A DNA stretch of 64,000 nucleotides from Promethearchaeota archaeon (GTDB lineage: Archaea; Asgardarchaeota; Lokiarchaeia; Sigyniarchaeales; SOKP01). The position numbers and the translations under genes are program-made. Shown piece after piece: positions 17,654 through 26,937 of this stretch. The notes beneath the pieces are model-generated. The model saw nothing but the letters and a program-made list of their open reading frames with translations. It searched no databases and was not told the DNA's origin. The stretch lies in NCBI GenBank assembly GCA_011364925.1, contig RDOA01000006.1, positions 1-64,000 of the forward strand, read 5' to 3'. Within the stretch, counting starts at the first letter, position 1; the number at the start of each line of letters is the position of its first letter.

Positions 17654-18799
17654 TTATGATTTTGGATTCATTACTCTCCCCATAAATAATATTGCCTTCG
17701 TATAGGAGTCTATTAATAGAAAGATGAATGGATGATCGGCACGAAACTCTTCTGGTTGCGTCATATTCATTGCCGCACCTAGCATAACAACTGCGGTTAC
17801 AGCTGCTGCTTCAGTACCTTGCTCATTTACTTCAATAAAAGTTTTATGGATAATCTGAGAAATGTGCCTCGGGGGGTCTTCAGCAATTCGTGAGAAATCA
17901 GCTCCATCAGAAAATGCACTAGTCATTCCCAAGTCGTATAGTGCTTTTAGAAGTTCATACTTTCTTTCAATCTTAAATTTTGGAATTAATACTTTAATTT
18001 CTCTTTCCCAAACTTTATATAGTTTATTAATGTAAGAATTAACTTTATCACAAGTCAAAATTCTCTCTAATTCTATAGTCCCGTCAACTTTTTCAGGAAG
18101 GAATACTACCATCGAAATGTGGTCAAGTGTCCCAGATATTCGAGCACCCTTATATGGCATCTCTATGATCTGGAATCCATCTTCGTTCAGCCAGCGAAAT
18201 CTATCTTTTTGAAACATCATAGGAATTTTAATTTTTTCACCAGAAATCAATGTAAAATCTTTGTCTTCTGTATCTCTTTCCTTGAATTCTTTATCCCAAG
18301 TGCCCTTAAAATAAATAGCATTCACTAATACAAGTCCATCTTCTTTTTTTATTGTATGAATCACATCCGTAATTTTACCTTGAGTTTGATCCGCAACCCA
18401 TTTGTTTATTTTTGAACACGTTTCAGTAATAGCGTTGAAATTTAAATTCCAAATTCCCCCGCTATAATTATCTTCTACAATCCATAAGTATCTTTCAAGT
18501 AGCTTATAGTTTTCGTGAACGCATAATAGATTTGCCATGCTGAGTTCTGAACCAGTATTGCGTTGAAAAATACTTAAAAGCTTTTTGAAAGTTGTATGAT
18601 ATCGATTTTGATCAAGTGTGATATGGAGAGTTGACTTTATCTGTTTTTCAGTTATACTACCAGCTCCAGCAAATACCATTGAGAGTAATGTATATATACT
18701 TAATGGTGAAAAAAATGCGTTATCTTCGGGTGTTTTCATTGCTTGAAAAATTTCAATTGAAAACTCGTTATTCCCTTTAATGATTTGATCTTCTTCCAT
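17654..18799 (-). CDS. Serpin (serine protease inhibitor), probably cytoplasmic
   Basis: NAFFSPLSI, VNAIYFKGTW, IPKFK, hinge EQGTEAAAVT and signature FRADHPFIFLL...ILFMGRVMNP; no signal peptide. Confidence 0.95.
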   Translation of the reverse strand: MEEDQIIKGNNEFSIEIFQAMKTPEDNAFFSPLSIYTLLSMVFAGAGSITEKQIKSTLHITLDQNRYHTTFKKLLSIFQRNTGSELSMANLLCVHENYKLLERYLWIVEDNYSGGIWNLNFNAITETCSKINKWVADQTQGKITDVIHTIKKEDGLVLVNAIYFKGTWDKEFKERDTEDKDFTLISGEKIKIPMMFQKDRFRWLNEDGFQIIEMPYKGARISGTLDHISMVVFLPEKVDGTIELERILTCDKVNSYINKLYKVWEREIKVLIPKFKIERKYELLKALYDLGMTSAFSDGADFSRIAEDPPRHISQIIHKTFIEVNEQGTEAAAVTAVVMLGAAMNMTQPEEFRADHPFIFLLIDSYTKAILFMGRVMNPKS

Positions 18800-18838
18800 A
18801 ATTCTAATAGTAAATCGATTAAAATTTTAATTTACTTT

Positions 18839-18883
18839 TATTGGTATTAGAAAAATGTAGGACTTATAGATTTTTCTTAAAAT
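18839..18883. repeat. 45-bp direct repeat, copy 2 (upstream of the serpin)
   Basis: tattggtattagaaaaatgtaggacttatagatttttcttaaaat is 42/45 identical to 17577-17621. Confidence 0.85.
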
Positions 18884-18929
18884 CTGACTTTCTTTTCTTA
18901 AGAATATTTAAGAAAAAAAAAGATAGCAG

Positions 18930-19286
18930 TTATTCCGACTTTTCCAATACTTCTTTAATTCTTTCTAATTCCTTTTTTCTTTGCTTTTTTGCTGCCTCTC
19001 GCATTTTTAATTCTATCTCATCAGGTTTTTCAAGAAGAACTCCATTAGTATATTCATTTAATGCATCTTTTAAATCGCCCATAACTAATTTTCTCAGATT
19101 TGGAGACTTATCTCCTGTTGGTGGCAATTCGGGGTATATCGATTTATCAATAGCTGCTATTTTCCGTCTTATTGCCGATCTAATAAAATCTGATTTAGTT
19201 TGAAAAGCAATACCAGCATATCTCTCTATTTTTTTAAATTCTCGCTCGGTTAACATAATTTTAATGAATTTATCTCTTTTTACCAT
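18930..19286 (-). CDS. Ribbon-helix-helix (CopG/MobC-like) DNA-binding protein
   Basis: RDKFIKIMLTEREFKKIERYA....TKSDFIRSAI fits the beta-strand/helix/helix RHH pattern. Confidence 0.75.
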   Translation of the reverse strand: MVKRDKFIKIMLTEREFKKIERYAGIAFQTKSDFIRSAIRRKIAAIDKSIYPELPPTGDKSPNLRKLVMGDLKDALNEYTNGVLLEKPDEIELKMREAAKKQRKKELERIKEVLEKSE

Positions 19287-19311
19287 AATTTATAAAGTCA
19301 AAAATGATTGA

Positions 19312-19350
19312 TGATCATTCTATGATCATAAATTGATCATAATATGACCA
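19312..19350. promoter_or_regulatory. Operator-like array of four TGATCA/TGACCA boxes at 11-bp spacing
   Basis: Boxes start at 19312, 19323, 19334 and 19345, between the RHH start codon and a minus-strand TTTAAATA TATA-like box at about 19357-19364. Confidence 0.7.
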
Positions 19351-19371
19351 ACTTAATATTTAAATCTTAAT

Positions 19372-19866
19372 TTACAATTTGTTTATAATGAGTTTAGATT
19401 CATTGATCATTTCTTCTTTAATTTTATTTTCCATGTTGTATCCTTCTTTATAGACTAATCTTTTAATTCCTGCATTAATAAGAAGTTTTAAACAACTCAT
19501 ACAAGGAAAATGAGTACTATAAAGAGTTGTGTTACCCTGTATTGAAGTTCCATGAATAGCTGCTTGAATAATACAATTGATTTCTGCGTGAACCCCACGG
19601 CATAATTCCGGTTTTTCCCCACTTTTTAAATTCTGTCTTACACATGTTAGTGGAGTGCAATGATTAAACCCAGACGGTGAACCATTGTATCCTGTTGATA
19701 GGATATGAGAATCTTTGATTAATACAGCTCCGACTTTTCTTTTTATACAAGTACTTCTTTCTGACACAACTTGTGCAATTTTCATGAAGTAGTTATCTTT
19801 TGAAATTCTTGTTTTGTCCATAGGATTCATTTTTTCAATCAATTTTCTTAAATTATACTTTAACAT
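19372..19866 (-). CDS. dCMP deaminase (ComEB family); true start probably ~19830
   Basis: RSTC, STGYNG, HAEINC and PCMSC zinc-binding motifs. Confidence 0.9.
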   Translation of the reverse strand: MLKYNLRKLIEKMNPMDKTRISKDNYFMKIAQVVSERSTCIKRKVGAVLIKDSHILSTGYNGSPSGFNHCTPLTCVRQNLKSGEKPELCRGVHAEINCIIQAAIHGTSIQGNTTLYSTHFPCMSCLKLLINAGIKRLVYKEGYNMENKIKEEMINESKLIINKL

Positions 19867-19983
19867 TCAAGAATATAGTTAAAAAGCACTAATATAATTA
19901 TGATTTTTATTTTATATTGTTATTGTCAGAGGGGTAATTCATGAAACTTGAGAGAAAAAAAGTATAACTTCTAATAATAAAGT

Positions 19984-21105
19984 TTATTTAAAGAAATTGT
20001 TTATTGTTGTTGTTATATACTCAATTTCTTTATCCTCTAAATAGGGATGGATTGGTAAGCTTAGCATTTCATCAGCAAATCGAATTGTATTTTCATTATT
20101 GAAATGATCTAGATAGCTGAATGGTTTGGTTTTCTGAATAGGGATCGGATAATGAATTACTGTTTGAATTCCATTTTCGTTCAAATATTTTTGGAGCTCG
20201 TCTCGATTTTTTATACAAATTGCATAGATATGAAAAACATTTTTCTCTGCGTAAGGGGCTAATTTTGGTGTTATAACTTGGTCAATATCTTTCATTAGGT
20301 CGCTAATTTTCTTTGCAACTTCAATTCTCATGTTATTCCACTTATCTAAGTGTTTTAATTTCTCATCAACGATTATAGCTTGAATCGTATCAAGTCTGTG
20401 GTTATAGCCTTTAAAGTCATAAAAATATTTTTTACTCGAACCATAATTTCTTAGGGATTTACATTTTTGATACAGCTCTTCATTATCTGTAGTAATTATA
20501 CCAGCATCACCAGCAGCACCTAAATTCTTTCCGGGGTATAAAGAGAATGCAGATATATCACCAAAACTCCCCACTTTCTTACCATCAACTAATGCACCAT
20601 GTGCTTGAGAAGAATCTTCCAATATCTTGCAATCGTATTCACTTGCTAATTCGACGATCCTTCTAATGTCTGCGGGGTGACCAAATAAGTGGACAGGAAT
20701 AATAACACACGATTTCCATTTGTTTCTATTCTCTTTCAAGCATTTCTCTAATAATTTAGTATCAATTTGAAAGTACTCATCGCAGTCTATCAGCTGGATA
20801 TCTGCTTTTAACTTACATAAGTATGTAATAGCTAACACCGTTGCAACAAATGTATTAGCTGGAATTATAACACCACATGGAGATTCGACATTAAGAGCTT
20901 CTAAGGATATTTTTAATGCATCCGTGCCATTTGAAGTACCAATTCCATACTTGGTTCCAATATACTTAGCAAAATTTTCCTCAAATTGATCTACAGGAGC
21001 ACCACCTATAAAGTTGGATTGTTCAAATAATAGATCTAATCGTGGTTTCACTTCATCTTTTATAACATCCCATTGTCTAGCTAAATTATTAAAAAGTACT
21101 TTCAA
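19984..21105 (-). CDS. DegT/DnrJ/EryC1/StrS nucleotide-sugar aminotransferase (WbpE-like)
   Basis: NGTDAL, PANTFVAT, PVHLFG, EDSSQAHGA and SLYPGKNLGA (PLP lysine) motifs. Confidence 0.92.
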   Translation of the reverse strand: MKVLFNNLARQWDVIKDEVKPRLDLLFEQSNFIGGAPVDQFEENFAKYIGTKYGIGTSNGTDALKISLEALNVESPCGVIIPANTFVATVLAITYLCKLKADIQLIDCDEYFQIDTKLLEKCLKENRNKWKSCVIIPVHLFGHPADIRRIVELASEYDCKILEDSSQAHGALVDGKKVGSFGDISAFSLYPGKNLGAAGDAGIITTDNEELYQKCKSLRNYGSSKKYFYDFKGYNHRLDTIQAIIVDEKLKHLDKWNNMRIEVAKKISDLMKDIDQVITPKLAPYAEKNVFHIYAICIKNRDELQKYLNENGIQTVIHYPIPIQKTKPFSYLDHFNNENTIRFADEMLSLPIHPYLEDKEIEYITTTINNFFK

Positions 21106-21107
21106 CT

Positions 21108-21998
21108 TTATACCTCCAATATTTTTATAATGTCTACTGTTAGTTTCATTTGCTCAATCATTTCTTCATTTGATAAATTAAAAAACGAATTAATTGCGTT
21201 AATTAAAGGAGGAGAGTATTCACCACAGGGATAGCTTAAATTTCCTGAATAGATCGGAAAACTGACATTACTTGAGTCTTCGTATTGTAAAAACCTTTTA
21301 TAGTCATCCCAAACGATAAAATACTTTTCAAATTCAAATACACATTCTCGCACCTTTTTTCTGTAATTCCAACTAACATTAATAGTAGCAATAAAATCGT
21401 TGAATTGAATGAAACCAAGGGAACTATCATCTTGCTCCGCATCATTATTCCTTTTATAGTCTGTCCATCGTACATTAACAGGTTGCTCTGAAAATAGATA
21501 CTGGATGATGGAGATATCATGCGATGCTAAATCCCATCTTGCATTTACATCAAATCTCTCTGGACCTAAATTAAGTCTATTCATAGAGATACTCCTAATT
21601 TTACCCAATTTCCCATTGTCGTAATCCTTTTTTATAGTTTCAATATGAGAGTTAAATGTAAATACCCAATCCGTAAATAAAATTACTTTATGTTTGAATG
21701 CGATGTCATATAGAAGTTTTGCTTCGGAACTTGAAGTTGTTAGAGGTTTTTCACAGAAGACATGAATATTTTTTTCAAGAAAATATTTACAAATCTCAAA
21801 ATGAGTTTTTGTAGGAGTTGTAATAAACACATACTCACAATCTAATTTTTGATAATCGTTTACAAACTTATATTTTTTATACTTATCCTCTTTGGGAAGT
21901 GTGATATCACATATCTCAGTATCAACCTTTCCCATACTTTCTAAATTTCTGAGAATAATTTTACCCCAATATCCAAATCCAACTATACCTAACTTCAT
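21108..21998 (-). CDS. Gfo/Idh/MocA oxidoreductase (WbpB-like)
   Basis: GIVGFGYWG Rossmann motif, ITTPTKTH, CEKP and WDLASHD. Confidence 0.88.
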   Translation of the reverse strand: MKLGIVGFGYWGKIILRNLESMGKVDTEICDITLPKEDKYKKYKFVNDYQKLDCEYVFITTPTKTHFEICKYFLEKNIHVFCEKPLTTSSSEAKLLYDIAFKHKVILFTDWVFTFNSHIETIKKDYDNGKLGKIRSISMNRLNLGPERFDVNARWDLASHDISIIQYLFSEQPVNVRWTDYKRNNDAEQDDSSLGFIQFNDFIATINVSWNYRKKVRECVFEFEKYFIVWDDYKRFLQYEDSSNVSFPIYSGNLSYPCGEYSPPLINAINSFFNLSNEEMIEQMKLTVDIIKILEV

Positions 21999-22004
21999 TT
22001 TTAT

Positions 22005-22445
22005 TTAATCCTTTAAATTTTTAATAATTTTAGCAGGATTTCCTGCAACTACGCAGTTTGCTGGGACATTTTTAGTTACAACTGCACCTGCTCCTATAAT
22101 TGCATTATCTCCTACATTTATAGGTAATAAAGTAACATTTGAACCTATACGCACATTATCTCCAATTTTAGTTTCTTTTTTAATCCAACTCTCAAAATTT
22201 GGAGAATCAACAAATAAATCGTTAGTAAACATAGTGCCGTGACCAATAAAACAATGTTTTCCAATAGAAACTCCATCACAGATGAAACAATGGCTTTGTA
22301 TCCTTGTACCATAACCTATAGTAACATTTTTTTGAATTTCAACAAAAGGTCCAACAAAACAATCTTTACCAATTACACAGCCATACAAATTTACAGGTTC
22401 GATGATTTTTACATTTTCCCCTATTTTGCAATTATTTATCGGCAA
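22005..22445 (-). CDS. Hexapeptide-repeat N-acetyltransferase (WbpD-like)
   Basis: Left-handed beta-helix repeats; GPFVEIQ, FTND, GAGAVVTK and VVAGNPA motifs. Confidence 0.9.
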   Translation of the reverse strand: MPINNCKIGENVKIIEPVNLYGCVIGKDCFVGPFVEIQKNVTIGYGTRIQSHCFICDGVSIGKHCFIGHGTMFTNDLFVDSPNFESWIKKETKIGDNVRIGSNVTLLPINVGDNAIIGAGAVVTKNVPANCVVAGNPAKIIKNLKD

Positions 22446-22554
22446 TTTTACGAGGTATTTCTTTTTTATTACTCAATATATTCAATCATTTAGATAGTAA
22501 ATTCTAATTATATTTTGAATTTTACTAAAAGAGAAAGAAAAAAGAGAAATATCT

Positions 22555-23631
22555 TTAAAATGATGAATAAAAGGGATCAAAGATTGTAATAATCACAATA
22601 TACGCCAATGCTACTGCTAAAATTGATAGAACAAAGGTTATGATGTGATTATCTACCCTTATTTTCCCCTTTATTATTCCTAAGTTCAAATTGAAAGAGA
22701 AAAAGTCTTTAGCTTTTAAAATTCCGTAAAATATAAGAGGTTGAAAGTATCTAACAAAAGGATTACTGAAAAACATTACTGAAGCAGTCACTACGATTGA
22801 AAATATAACGAGCTCAAAAAGATCTGCTTTCTTGAATCTAAAGATCAGATAGAGGATAATAAGGATAGAAACTGGAATTAATCTAAAATAAAATGGAATA
22901 AATGTTTCACCTCGTGTGTTCCAAAATAGAAAAGTCATTAGAAAATTTTCACCAAAGAAGAATAGAGGTACTATTAGAAATAGAAATAATATAGATGCTG
23001 TAGTAATAAGAAACATTTTCATTTCTTTCCAATCTTTCTCAATAAGTAGTTTTAGAAAGAAGAATCCAACAAAAGGGATTGTGTATACTTTAGCTACTGC
23101 TGACAACGACAAGAAAGCATAGAATAAAATCCTACTTCTACTATCTTTTTTAGGGTAATATATTAAAGCCATAAACAAGAAGAAGAAAAAGAAAGCATCA
23201 GTTATGTGGTAACCGCAGTTCTGTATGCTAAACGAATTATTCAAGAAGAAAAAGGGATTTATTAGGAATAAACCCAACGCAAATTTCTTTTTAGGAATAT
23301 CAAAACTTTTAAGTACAAAATAAAACATTAATACAGTCAAAATATCTAAAAGAAATGCCCAGAATGCAAAGACTTCTATAATCCCAAATGAAATGAATCT
23401 GAAGAAAGTAAGAAGTATGATAGTTAAAGCGGGATATATGGTTGATGTGTAATTATTATAGTTATAGCCGACATCACCCCAACTTTTTCCCGGATCTAAG
23501 GAATGAGTATAATAATAATAAATTAACATGAAAATTCTAATAGCAATACCTATAATGACAAAAATAATTCCACTATTAAGGATAACTTTTCTTAAAAAAG
23601 ATTTATTTTCTGATTCAGTCCTATTTTCCAT
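22555..23631 (-). CDS. Multi-pass membrane protein, probable GT-C fold glycosyltransferase
   Basis: About 10 TM helices; first loop WGD...YP, LINP, and K..P motifs typical of GT-C/GT87-like enzymes; located in a glycosylation cluster. Confidence 0.6.
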   Translation of the reverse strand: MENRTESENKSFLRKVILNSGIIFVIIGIAIRIFMLIYYYYTHSLDPGKSWGDVGYNYNNYTSTIYPALTIILLTFFRFISFGIIEVFAFWAFLLDILTVLMFYFVLKSFDIPKKKFALGLFLINPFFFLNNSFSIQNCGYHITDAFFFFFLFMALIYYPKKDSRSRILFYAFLSLSAVAKVYTIPFVGFFFLKLLIEKDWKEMKMFLITTASILFLFLIVPLFFFGENFLMTFLFWNTRGETFIPFYFRLIPVSILIILYLIFRFKKADLFELVIFSIVVTASVMFFSNPFVRYFQPLIFYGILKAKDFFSFNLNLGIIKGKIRVDNHIITFVLSILAVALAYIVIITIFDPFYSSF

Positions 23632-23700
23632 TAATCAATCACCAAAGGTAATAAAACTAATTATCAAACAAATTAAACTATTTTGAATTGGTTGAAATAA

Positions 23701-24417
23701 TTAAGAGAGAATTGTTTTTAATCTGTAAGAGAGTAATTGGACAAAATTTTTTAAGATTGACCGAATTATGTAATAGGGATGTCTTGCAAATTCTTTTTCA
23801 ACATGATTAATAGGAATTTCAAAATATTTTAATCCTCTCTTTTTTAATAAATATACTAATTCAACTTCAATGAATGGTCCATTTGCTTTTGTGTATTTAA
23901 CTAATTCTTTACCGATATCTGTCTGAAACGCTTTTAAACAGTCCACATCGTTGTAATGAGTCCTAAAAAAAGCATTAACAAGCAATGTATGAAATTTTGA
24001 GATAAAAGTTCTTATGAAAGGGCGATCTACTTCACTTTTTTGGTGAAATCTTACACCAAAGATTATTGGATACTTGTTGATAAGTCTATATGCTCGTCCA
24101 ATAAAGTCTAAACTAAAAGCAAGATCCACAGGATAAAGAGTAACCATATCATTATTTGCGTGCAATATGCCATATCGATAAGCTCCTCCAAAAGATGGTG
24201 TTTTTAACGAAAAGAATTTAATATTAGAAAATTCAGTCTCTAATTCCTTAGCAATTATAGCGGTTTTGTCAGTACTTCCATTTTCAACAATGAGAATCTC
24301 AAAATCTTCACCGATGAGATTTTTTAAGTATCTATATATAATATTGATACTATTACGGAGATCCTTTTCTTCGTTATAAGCTGGAACTACAACGCTTATA
24401 CTGTTCATTTTTGGCAT
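23701..24417 (-). CDS. GT2 polyprenol-phosphate glycosyltransferase (DPM1/AglD-like)
   Basis: SVVVPAYNEE, IVENGSTDKT and FGGAYRYG motifs. Confidence 0.88.
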   Translation of the reverse strand: MPKMNSISVVVPAYNEEKDLRNSINIIYRYLKNLIGEDFEILIVENGSTDKTAIIAKELETEFSNIKFFSLKTPSFGGAYRYGILHANNDMVTLYPVDLAFSLDFIGRAYRLINKYPIIFGVRFHQKSEVDRPFIRTFISKFHTLLVNAFFRTHYNDVDCLKAFQTDIGKELVKYTKANGPFIEVELVYLLKKRGLKYFEIPINHVEKEFARHPYYIIRSILKNFVQLLSYRLKTILS

Positions 24418-24469
24418 CGATGACCAATTGATTTTATATGCTGTAATTATTTCTTAAGATATGTTTAAG

Positions 24470-25534
24470 TTATTTCTTCATCTGTTGAATTTCTTTTAAA
24501 CTAAGATTATAATGTAAAATAGAATATCCCCCAAATATTAGGAGGTAAGCACTTCTGAATAAATGATCAATTATAAAAATCGATAGAATTTGAGTATAAT
24601 ATTCAGGAAAAAGAATTGAACTTGGAGCGTAGAAGAATGAAATGAATAGTGCTCCAACATTTTCAGATATCCCCCATCCTCCAGGTGTTATAGGGAATGT
24701 TTTGCTAAAAAATGTCAAAATTTTTGCTAGAATTAGTAAGAATATATTAAAGTCATAACCTAATGGGTAAACAATTATAGCAATTATAGCAGCGTCAATA
24801 ATCCATGTAGGAAAGCCCAATAAAATAATGTAGATAAGTTCTTTTTTATGGTACTTGAAGTTTTTCATCCCTTCTTTGAAATTTATTATAAATCGTCCTA
24901 AATAATGTGCTAATTTTGGAGAAAGTTTCTTAATAACTTTTAAAATAGTATCTGTCTTGTAGAGAAGCAATAGAAAAAGGATTAATATACCTACAATAAA
25001 AATTGCTCCAATTACGATGTAAAATTGGATAGTTTGGCCTAAAATTAATCTCTCGCTAGCTACACCATAGCTACTAAGATATAAATAAAGTAAAGCAAAA
25101 CAGCTTATAAAAAATAGCAAAATTAGATCCAACACCCTTTCAATAGCAATTCCAGCTGCCGATTCACTAAGTCTTATATTTTCTTTATCTTTAATTATAA
25201 ATATCTTTGCAAAATCACCTAATTTTGCAGGAGTTAAATCGTTAATAACAAAAGCTGCACCAATTGAGAAATAAGATGTTGAATAAGCTATTTCTTTATC
25301 AAGTCCTTTAAATATTAATTTCAGCTTATATGCTCTTAAGATGAATGCAACTGTATAGGATATTATGAATAATATCAATCCCAAGATACCAACTGTTAAG
25401 ATTTTATCAACTAAACTTGGAAAATCAACAAAATAGACCATAACTATTAGTAACAGAATCGTAGCGATTCCTATTAGGAGACGCTTTCTCCTTTTTAGCC
25501 AAATTAAAACTTTACTTCTGCTTTCTTCGTTCAT
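24470..25534 (-). CDS. Lysylphosphatidylglycerol-synthase TM / flippase-like membrane protein
   Basis: NDLTPAKLGD, IERVLD and PITPGGWG motifs; multi-TM. Confidence 0.85.
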   Translation of the reverse strand: MNEESRSKVLIWLKRRKRLLIGIATILLLIVMVYFVDFPSLVDKILTVGILGLILFIISYTVAFILRAYKLKLIFKGLDKEIAYSTSYFSIGAAFVINDLTPAKLGDFAKIFIIKDKENIRLSESAAGIAIERVLDLILLFFISCFALLYLYLSSYGVASERLILGQTIQFYIVIGAIFIVGILILFLLLLYKTDTILKVIKKLSPKLAHYLGRFIINFKEGMKNFKYHKKELIYIILLGFPTWIIDAAIIAIIVYPLGYDFNIFLLILAKILTFFSKTFPITPGGWGISENVGALFISFFYAPSSILFPEYYTQILSIFIIDHLFRSAYLLIFGGYSILHYNLSLKEIQQMKK

Positions 25535-25650
25535 AAATTAAAGTTCAAAATTTTCTTTTTATCTTAAATTTTTTTAAATTTACAATATTTGAGATAGTTC
25601 TAAAAATAATAATGGGTAATTTATTTTGGTTAATAAGTACATACTTAATT

Positions 25651-26913
25651 ATGACACGAGTTGAATTGCTAGCTCCAGCGAAAAACCTTAAGGCAATCAA
25701 AGCCGCTTCTAAGTACGCAGATTCTGTTTATTTTGGGATTGAAAATTTTAATATGAGGATGCGTTCGGAAAATATAGCTTTTGAGGATTTAGGAAGAATT
25801 ACTAAATATTGCCACGATAGCAACTTGAAAGCATATTTAACGACAAACACGATTATATATGATTCAGAATTGAATAATTTAGAGAATTTAATTTCTGAAG
25901 CTAAAAAAGCTGAAATAGATGCTATTATCGCTCATGATCTAGCAGCAATTCATATTGCAAAAAGATATAATATTGATTTTCATATTTCTACTCAATGTAA
26001 TGTGTCAAACTCGTTATCAGCAAGATTTTACGAAAAGCTCGGAGCAGAAAGGATAATTCTAGCAAGAGAATTATCTTTAGAAAAAATAAAAGAAATAAAA
26101 AGAAATTTACATAGGTCTGAAGTGGAAATTTTTATCCATGGAGCCATGTGTACTTCAATCAGTGGTCGATGTTATTTCTCTCAGGATATTTGTGGAACGG
26201 AAGAAAAGTCTGCAAATCGTGGTAATTGTATCCAACCTTGTAGAAGGAACTGGAAAGTCATTGATGATCAGAATAATGAGTTTATTTATGATGGAGAGAT
26301 GTTTTTGAATGCAAAGGATCTTTGCATGATTGAATACATACCAGAATTAATCGAAGCAAATATTGATGCGTTTAAAATTGAAGGTCGGATGCGACACCCA
26401 CATTATGTCGAAATCGTATCTAAAACTTATCGCGAGGCAATGGATGCGTATTATGAGGGTAATTTCACTAAAAAGCAAGTTGGAAGATGGGTAACTGAAT
26501 TAAAAAGAGTTTACAATCGAGGATTTACAACGGGATTTTACTTTAAAAGAGTGACAGAAGAAGATCATCAACATAAATCCCCTTCGAATTTATCGCATTA
26601 TAGATATATAAAATTAGGAAAAGTAGAAAGTTATGATCCAGTTGAACACTTAGCGATAATATCATTAAATAATGGTTATTTAACAAAAGACGATGATGTT
26701 ATCATAATGGGTAAAAATACTGATACATATTTGCATCAAAAGGCAGAAGAAATAATATATAATGGAAAGCTTGTAGAAAAAACGCCACAAGGAACTAGAA
26801 AACAGAAGATTGAGATCAAATTGCGTGTTGATGGAGAAGTAAAGGGAAACGGAGAAGATTTACTCTACATTTTTACTAACAAAACCTATAAGTTGAAAAA
26901 ATATTCTTTATAA
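25651..26913 (+). CDS. U32 peptidase family Fe-S protein (TrhP/RlhA-like RNA hydroxylation)
   Basis: ELLAPA, HISTQ, LARELS, HGAMC...GRC...NRGNCIQPCRR and KIEGR motifs. Start taken at ATG 25651 (MTRVELLAPA); the ORF track gives 25612. Confidence 0.88.
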   Translation: MTRVELLAPAKNLKAIKAASKYADSVYFGIENFNMRMRSENIAFEDLGRITKYCHDSNLKAYLTTNTIIYDSELNNLENLISEAKKAEIDAIIAHDLAAIHIAKRYNIDFHISTQCNVSNSLSARFYEKLGAERIILARELSLEKIKEIKRNLHRSEVEIFIHGAMCTSISGRCYFSQDICGTEEKSANRGNCIQPCRRNWKVIDDQNNEFIYDGEMFLNAKDLCMIEYIPELIEANIDAFKIEGRMRHPHYVEIVSKTYREAMDAYYEGNFTKKQVGRWVTELKRVYNRGFTTGFYFKRVTEEDHQHKSPSNLSHYRYIKLGKVESYDPVEHLAIISLNNGYLTKDDDVIIMGKNTDTYLHQKAEEIIYNGKLVEKTPQGTRKQKIEIKLRVDGEVKGNGEDLLYIFTNKTYKLKKYSL

Positions 26914-26937
26914 TTAATAATCTCAAAATAAGCATTC

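Noticed and set aside
18841-19203. 120-aa plus-strand ORF
   Set aside because: Antisense shadow of the RHH gene; it starts inside the direct repeat.
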